Below are positions 59,304-64,000 of a DNA stretch of 64,000 bases, in pieces. The notes beneath the pieces were generated by a model that saw only the letters and a program-made list of their open reading frames with translations, did not search any database and was not told the origin of the DNA. Numbering within the stretch: the first letter of the stretch is position 1; each line of letters starts with the position of its first letter. The DNA comes from Calditrichales bacterium (lineage in GTDB: Bacteria > Calditrichota > Calditrichia > Calditrichales > J004): the NCBI GenBank assembly GCA_965267575.1, contig OZ254086.1, positions 4,224,001-4,288,000 of the forward strand. Direction: 5' to 3'. The position numbers and the translations under genes were made by a program.

Positions 59304-60668
59304 TCAGTCTCCTATTCTATTCTGCAATATACGCGTAAAACTGTATCCCGCCGCGATTAAATAGAATGCTAATATAGGTAACTTAAACCTTGCCAAGCCT
59401 GCTTGTCCCATTAACAAAGTAAAATACAATATTGGCAAACCAAGCAAGGCTAAAGTCAACCAATCTTTTTGCTTAAATAATATCCAGATCCCGGCCATTG
59501 CAAAAGAATAAGTAAATAAATACCAGCCTATCATGTATGCGGCGTAAAGCAAAGTGGCCTTTGGGTAATCTTTAATTATCTGGGAAATTGCGGAAATGCC
59601 CTTATCCCTTATTAGTTCAAACGCGTCATAGGAGAGGTTTGCCTGTTGTCCATAAATCATTTCAAACATTGGCCTGTTAATGGAAAAAAACATATCCGCT
59701 AAACCTTTAAAATAGCTATATACAAAAGCGCCCGGATATTCGGTGATAATTTCCAATGCCCGTTCTTTGTAGCGTTCATGTAAATCATAGATGTTGGCAT
59801 TTTTTATTTCAGGAAATTCTTTACTAAAGTATCCGGCATACTCTTTTTTTACCTGCGTCGCGGAAACACCACGCGCGTCGGCCTCTGCGTCAGCAGCGTA
59901 GAGAATAAGGCTGTTATAATTACCTGATGTGGAAAAAAAGAAATGACCGTGAACGGAAAGATTTCTAAACATCCAGGGTGTTACTAAAATTGTAAATGCT
60001 ACTAAAGCCATTAATACCGTCTTATATGGACTGTGCCTTTTTAGTACAAGGTAGATACCCAAAAAAATGATATTGATTACCGCCAAATATAGAGCAATAG
60101 GCCTTATATAAGCGGCAACAGCCAATATCAAAAAACTCAACAACAACGGTTTTAACTGAAATTTCTGAATAAAACCCCATAACCAGTAATACGCGATTAA
60201 CAGGAAAAGTACAAAAAGCATATCACTGTACAGAGTATTTACGTATTGCGCTGCTAAGGGCTCAATAGCATAAAAAAGAGCGGCAAGTATGCCTGTAGTT
60301 TTATTGAATAGTTCCGCAGCAAACCGAAAAAGCAATCCAATAAGCAGACAATCCAAAACAATCTGAAAAATCAGCACAGTCCATGGCTTTACTCCAAAAA
60401 TAGAGTATACGCCGACAATAAAAAGCGGATACCCGGGCGTGCGTATGGCTGAAAGATAGGGATTTGAAGAGGCAAAAGTCCCCTGCTCTTTTAGCTCAAC
60501 AGCCAGGTTATGATAATGAAAAGCGTCATCAACTAATATCTTTTTTTCGCCTTCAACAGTCCATGGCTGTATGAGCAGGAAAACGCCTAGCCTTAAGAAA
60601 AGGCCAAAGCAAATTATCCAGAGAAGCTTATGCGCTCGTAAGCTTTTATAATCTAGACTAAAATTCAA
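59304..60668 (-). CDS. GT-C (ArnT/PMT-like) polytopic glycosyltransferase
   Basis: DD acidic loop after TM1, RTPGYPLF, RP and PWMFRN motifs; many TM segments. Confidence 0.8.
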   Translation of the reverse strand: MNFSLDYKSLRAHKLLWIICFGLFLRLGVFLLIQPWTVEGEKKILVDDAFHYHNLAVELKEQGTFASSNPYLSAIRTPGYPLFIVGVYSIFGVKPWTVLIFQIVLDCLLIGLLFRFAAELFNKTTGILAALFYAIEPLAAQYVNTLYSDMLFVLFLLIAYYWLWGFIQKFQLKPLLLSFLILAVAAYIRPIALYLAVINIIFLGIYLVLKRHSPYKTVLMALVAFTILVTPWMFRNLSVHGHFFFSTSGNYNSLILYAADAEADARGVSATQVKKEYAGYFSKEFPEIKNANIYDLHERYKERALEIITEYPGAFVYSYFKGLADMFFSINRPMFEMIYGQQANLSYDAFELIRDKGISAISQIIKDYPKATLLYAAYMIGWYLFTYSFAMAGIWILFKQKDWLTLALLGLPILYFTLLMGQAGLARFKLPILAFYLIAAGYSFTRILQNRIGD

Positions 60669-61255
60669 TTCGTAAAGAACCTGTAATACTTTTCATTAGC
60701 CAGTGCCAGCATTGCTTTGTCCCCGCTGCTGTCCCCGTAGGCATAAATATATTCAGCCTTTTGCAAATTGTAGGTCGTACTTATGCGGCGGGCTTTTTCA
60801 GCTCCATAACAATTTAGCCCGGCAAAACGACCGGTAATTTTAGAGTCCTTTACTTCCAAAGTCGTGGCAATCAAATCCAGTTCGTTCTTTGCCGCCCACC
60901 CTTTCAGCCATTGTTTCATCGAAGCGGAAACGATTACAACCTTATGTCCCCTTTCCTTGTGCCATTGTATGCGCTCCATGGCATCATTCCGTATGATGCG
61001 GTTAATGCCGTTTACCGTGTACTCCTTTGCCAGCTTGTTCAGTTTGCTTTCGGGCCAGCCTTCAAAAAAGTGTGCAAGAAGCTTTTGCTTTGTTACATCA
61101 TTGGGTATTGCTTTTAACGCGTAAAGCAGCAATACAGGCGTTAACATAACTAAGCCCCAAAAAAATCTCTTTTTGCCCACACAATAGATAATAAAATCGG
61201 CCATGCTGTCTTTATGGGTCACCGTACCGTCAAAATCGAATAAAGCAAGAACCAT
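60665..61255 (-). CDS. HAD-IB family phosphatase
   Basis: DFDGT, VSAS, NCYGAEK and YGDSSGD motifs. Confidence 0.92.
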   Translation of the reverse strand: MVLALFDFDGTVTHKDSMADFIIYCVGKKRFFWGLVMLTPVLLLYALKAIPNDVTKQKLLAHFFEGWPESKLNKLAKEYTVNGINRIIRNDAMERIQWHKERGHKVVIVSASMKQWLKGWAAKNELDLIATTLEVKDSKITGRFAGLNCYGAEKARRISTTYNLQKAEYIYAYGDSSGDKAMLALANEKYYRFFTN

Positions 61256-61261
61256 TGTAGA

Positions 61262-61993
61262 TTACAGCTTTAGCTTTTTAAATATGCGTTCGGGAATAAT
61301 ACGGATGACAAACATTATATAACGCCATAGCCATTTTGAATATATAATGTCTTTTCCCTTTTTCTGGGCACTTAAGATATCCCCGGCCACCTCATCCGGT
61401 TGCGCGGTCAAAAGCGGTGGGAGGTCCATGCCTTCGGTCATGCGGGTTCGTACAAAGCCGGGCTTAATGGTAATAACCTGTACGCCGGCTTCTGTCAACC
61501 TGTTTCTTAATCCTGACAGATACGCACTCAGCGCGGCCTTGGCACTACCGTAATAATAATTGCTTTGCCGACCCCTGTCACCTGCAACGGAGCTTATAAC
61601 CGCAATAAAGCCTGCTTTTCTCTTCTCAAAATCATTAGCGATAATATTTAACATGCTAACGCAACCCCTGTAATTGGTGTCAAGAATCCGGGCTGTTTCT
61701 TCAAAATCCTTGCAAGCTAATTCGTGATCCCCAAGATAACCGGCGGCAAGCAAAACACCATCCGGCGCAGGATTCAGCTTATCATAGAATGACTGATGTG
61801 TATCCGTGTCTAAAACATCCAATTCAAATATGCTTACTTTTCGATCGTAACGTATTTGCAGATCGCTTGCAAACTCTTTCATGGAAGCGCTATTTTTGGC
61901 GGCAAGATAAAGATTATATCCTTCTGCCGCGTAGGCCTTGGCAACAGAAACAGCAATATCACTTTTCGCTCCAATAATCAATAACCGCGGCAT
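61262..61993 (-). CDS. SDR oxidoreductase, DprE2-like
   Basis: GAKSDIA, SSVAGDRGRQSNYYYGSAK and KPGFVRT.MT motifs; adjacent to a DprE1-like gene. Confidence 0.88.
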   Translation of the reverse strand: MPRLLIIGAKSDIAVSVAKAYAAEGYNLYLAAKNSASMKEFASDLQIRYDRKVSIFELDVLDTDTHQSFYDKLNPAPDGVLLAAGYLGDHELACKDFEETARILDTNYRGCVSMLNIIANDFEKRKAGFIAVISSVAGDRGRQSNYYYGSAKAALSAYLSGLRNRLTEAGVQVITIKPGFVRTRMTEGMDLPPLLTAQPDEVAGDILSAQKKGKDIIYSKWLWRYIMFVIRIIPERIFKKLKL

Positions 61994-63292
61994 TTAAAGC
62001 TCCAGGCGTTTGGATTGAAGGGACTGAAATTTTGTGTCCATCCTATACTGTTTTCTCAATGCGCGAAACTTGCTTATGTCAGGATAACCCTTTTCAAATA
62101 TGACCTTGCTTACACGGGCATCCTTTGTCAAATAAATGCGTCCCCCATAATCAATTACAATATGATCAAGTCTGTCAAGAAGGTTAAAAACGTCACGGTC
62201 AATTTTAAAATCCAGGGCCAGGCTGTATCCCTCCAGGGGAAACGACAGCCAGTTTTTATTCTGCGGTCCATACAGCTTTAAAACAGCCAAAAACGAACCC
62301 TTACCGGAGATTCCTATTTCTGTAAGGATCTTTTTCAAACCTTCATAACTTGCCTCTTTAGGCAGGATAAACTGATACTGTGTAAATCCGCTCTTACCGT
62401 AAATCCTGTTCCATTTACCGATAACATCCAATGGGTAAAAAAAAGGATCTATACCTACTACATGTACGGAATGACTTTTTCTCACCTTATGATAATAGAA
62501 CTGGTTAAAAGCCTTTACGCTATAACGGTTTAGCCAAAAGGAAGGCAGGTCAACAGGCATGCTTTTTTGTTTTGGCGCGCTGTAATCTAATGTTTCACCT
62601 TCTAAAAAATCACCGCTTACTAATAAAGAACGTCCGCTATTTTTCTTTCCGGCGAGGCAATCAATCCAGGCAACAGAATAAGGGCTATCGCTATATTGTT
62701 CGAAGGCCTCAAATGTTTCGTTAAGATTGGCAGTCTTAGTTGTGGTTTGTTTGATTTTAGCGGAGGGTATTTTTTTTAACTTTATTTTAGCGTCCACAAT
62801 AACACCTGTAAGCCCCATGCCACCGCACGTTGCTAAAAACAGATCCCGGTTCTCTTTCCTGCTGCAATGGACAATTTCTCCATCCGGCAGCATCAGGTGC
62901 ATCATATCAACGGATTCGCTAAAACATCCGTCTTTGTGATGGTTTTTTCCGTGCACATCGCTGGCAATGGCGCCCCCAACCGTTATAAGCTTAGTGCCCG
63001 GGGTAATTGCCAAAAACCACCCTTTTGGTACAAATACATCTAAAATATCTCTAAGAAGCACACCACCCTGCACATGCAACAGGCCTGTCTTATCATCAAA
63101 CCCAAGAAAGTAACTGAGCCCCTTAATATCCAATATGGTTTCGGCCAGGGCACTGTCACCGTAGCTTCTGCCGTTGCCAAAAGGAATTATGCCATCCGAA
63201 ACAAGAATAGTCTTGCGTAATTCCTGTTTGTCTCTGATACGCAGCTTACGCCCGTCAATTACAGGGAAATTGCCCCAGCCGGCCAGTTTCAT
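61994..63292 (-). CDS. FAD-binding oxidoreductase, DprE1-like
   Basis: GNGRSYGD, PGTK.ITVGGAIASDVHGKNHH, GGMGLTG, YSVAWID and GGRIYLTKD motifs. Confidence 0.9.
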   Translation of the reverse strand: MKLAGWGNFPVIDGRKLRIRDKQELRKTILVSDGIIPFGNGRSYGDSALAETILDIKGLSYFLGFDDKTGLLHVQGGVLLRDILDVFVPKGWFLAITPGTKLITVGGAIASDVHGKNHHKDGCFSESVDMMHLMLPDGEIVHCSRKENRDLFLATCGGMGLTGVIVDAKIKLKKIPSAKIKQTTTKTANLNETFEAFEQYSDSPYSVAWIDCLAGKKNSGRSLLVSGDFLEGETLDYSAPKQKSMPVDLPSFWLNRYSVKAFNQFYYHKVRKSHSVHVVGIDPFFYPLDVIGKWNRIYGKSGFTQYQFILPKEASYEGLKKILTEIGISGKGSFLAVLKLYGPQNKNWLSFPLEGYSLALDFKIDRDVFNLLDRLDHIVIDYGGRIYLTKDARVSKVIFEKGYPDISKFRALRKQYRMDTKFQSLQSKRLEL

Positions 63293-63690
63293 ACCTTTTT
63301 GTGCTCCCTGAACACAAGACTCTTATCAAGAAAATATTTTAACGTATAGCCAATGGCCAGGCCTGCTGTACCGCCTATATATTTCGCGCTTTCAGTGCCA
63401 ATAACAAAGTGAAAACCAATTTCTACACCCCAAAAGACCGCAGTTGTTATTACCCCTGTTAAAGAATATAAGATAAAATTTTCGCCGGTGGCCCGGAGAC
63501 CCCTCGTCTTATGGTAGAATATATATCTTTTATCGAGCATATATTTTGCTATCAACCCGGTAAGCGTACCCGCAGCCATTGCTACGTAAAGACCAAAATC
63601 ACCCCTATATAAATTATAAGTTATATATTGGGTCAGGATGTTTACGGCGGTAGAAATGATAGCAAAGAGAATATATTTTGCGGCGGTCAC
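63289..63690 (-). CDS. GtrA family membrane protein
   Basis: Four TM segments with repeated KY.LDK..(I/V)F motif. Confidence 0.85.
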   Translation of the reverse strand: MTAAKYILFAIISTAVNILTQYITYNLYRGDFGLYVAMAAGTLTGLIAKYMLDKRYIFYHKTRGLRATGENFILYSLTGVITTAVFWGVEIGFHFVIGTESAKYIGGTAGLAIGYTLKYFLDKSLVFREHKKV

Positions 63691-63706
63691 AGTGTGTCGT
63701 TAGTAT

Positions 63707-64000
63707 TTAATAAAAAACTAAAAGCAGAAACGAGGCAATCCAAAGTAAAATTGTGACTTTAAGAAACATATCCGTAAGCACAATTCCTACAGGAGAACCA
63801 CTTTTTTCCTCTACAAAAGTTATTTGCAAATAACGCATAATGCCCATGATAACAAACAGTGTTGTCAGGAAAAGATAGGGCGTATTCATCCTGGAAATTA
63901 CTTCGTCTGAAATAGTATAAAGTATATAGCTTACTATTACTACGCCGCCCATCATTGTCATGGCTACATTGATAAATTCCAGGTTATAGCCGTCAATACT
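63707..64000 (-). CDS. UbiA-family polyprenyl-phosphate phosphoribosyltransferase (5' part outside window)
   Basis: Frame is open to the window edge (SIDGYNLEF...). SYILYT, GIMRYL and GSP...LTD motifs; lies upstream of gtrA/dprE1-like genes. Confidence 0.78.
   Translation of the reverse strand, partial: SIDGYNLEFINVAMTMMGGVVIVSYILYTISDEVISRMNTPYLFLTTLFVIMGIMRYLQITFVEEKSGSPVGIVLTDMFLKVTILLWIASFLLLVFY

Overview
Bacterial genomic window with almost all genes on the minus strand. Gene content suggests a Gram-negative, possibly FCB-group/Calditrichota-like organism (inference only). Positions 1-28 kb are mostly housekeeping: epimerase, Gfo/Idh/MocA oxidoreductase, tyrA, aroF, ruvX, HU/IHF, mutS, a large GAF/PAS histidine kinase, coaX, birA, a methylmalonyl-CoA mutase/meaB/biotin carboxylase block, a spondin lipoprotein with a two-component system, and a MATE transporter. 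Positions 36-64 kb are a long, mostly AT-rich surface-polysaccharide locus (Wzx/Wzy, FnlABC, LegC-like aminotransferase, amidotransferases, and a DprE1/DprE2-like arabinofuranose-donor cassette). The most striking region is 28.9-35.3 kb. It holds 14 full copies of a 27-bp CGTC-tagged palindromic (REP-like) repeat, 12 of them in six inverted doublets of exactly 73 bp. Five copies bracket a small stand-alone GIY-YIG nuclease gene, much as REPs bracket RAYT transposases. Two ~0.5-kb mosaic repeat arrays in inverted orientation enclose the segment. This is a candidate GIY-YIG-associated REP system. No rRNA, tRNA, CRISPR array or classical transposase was seen.
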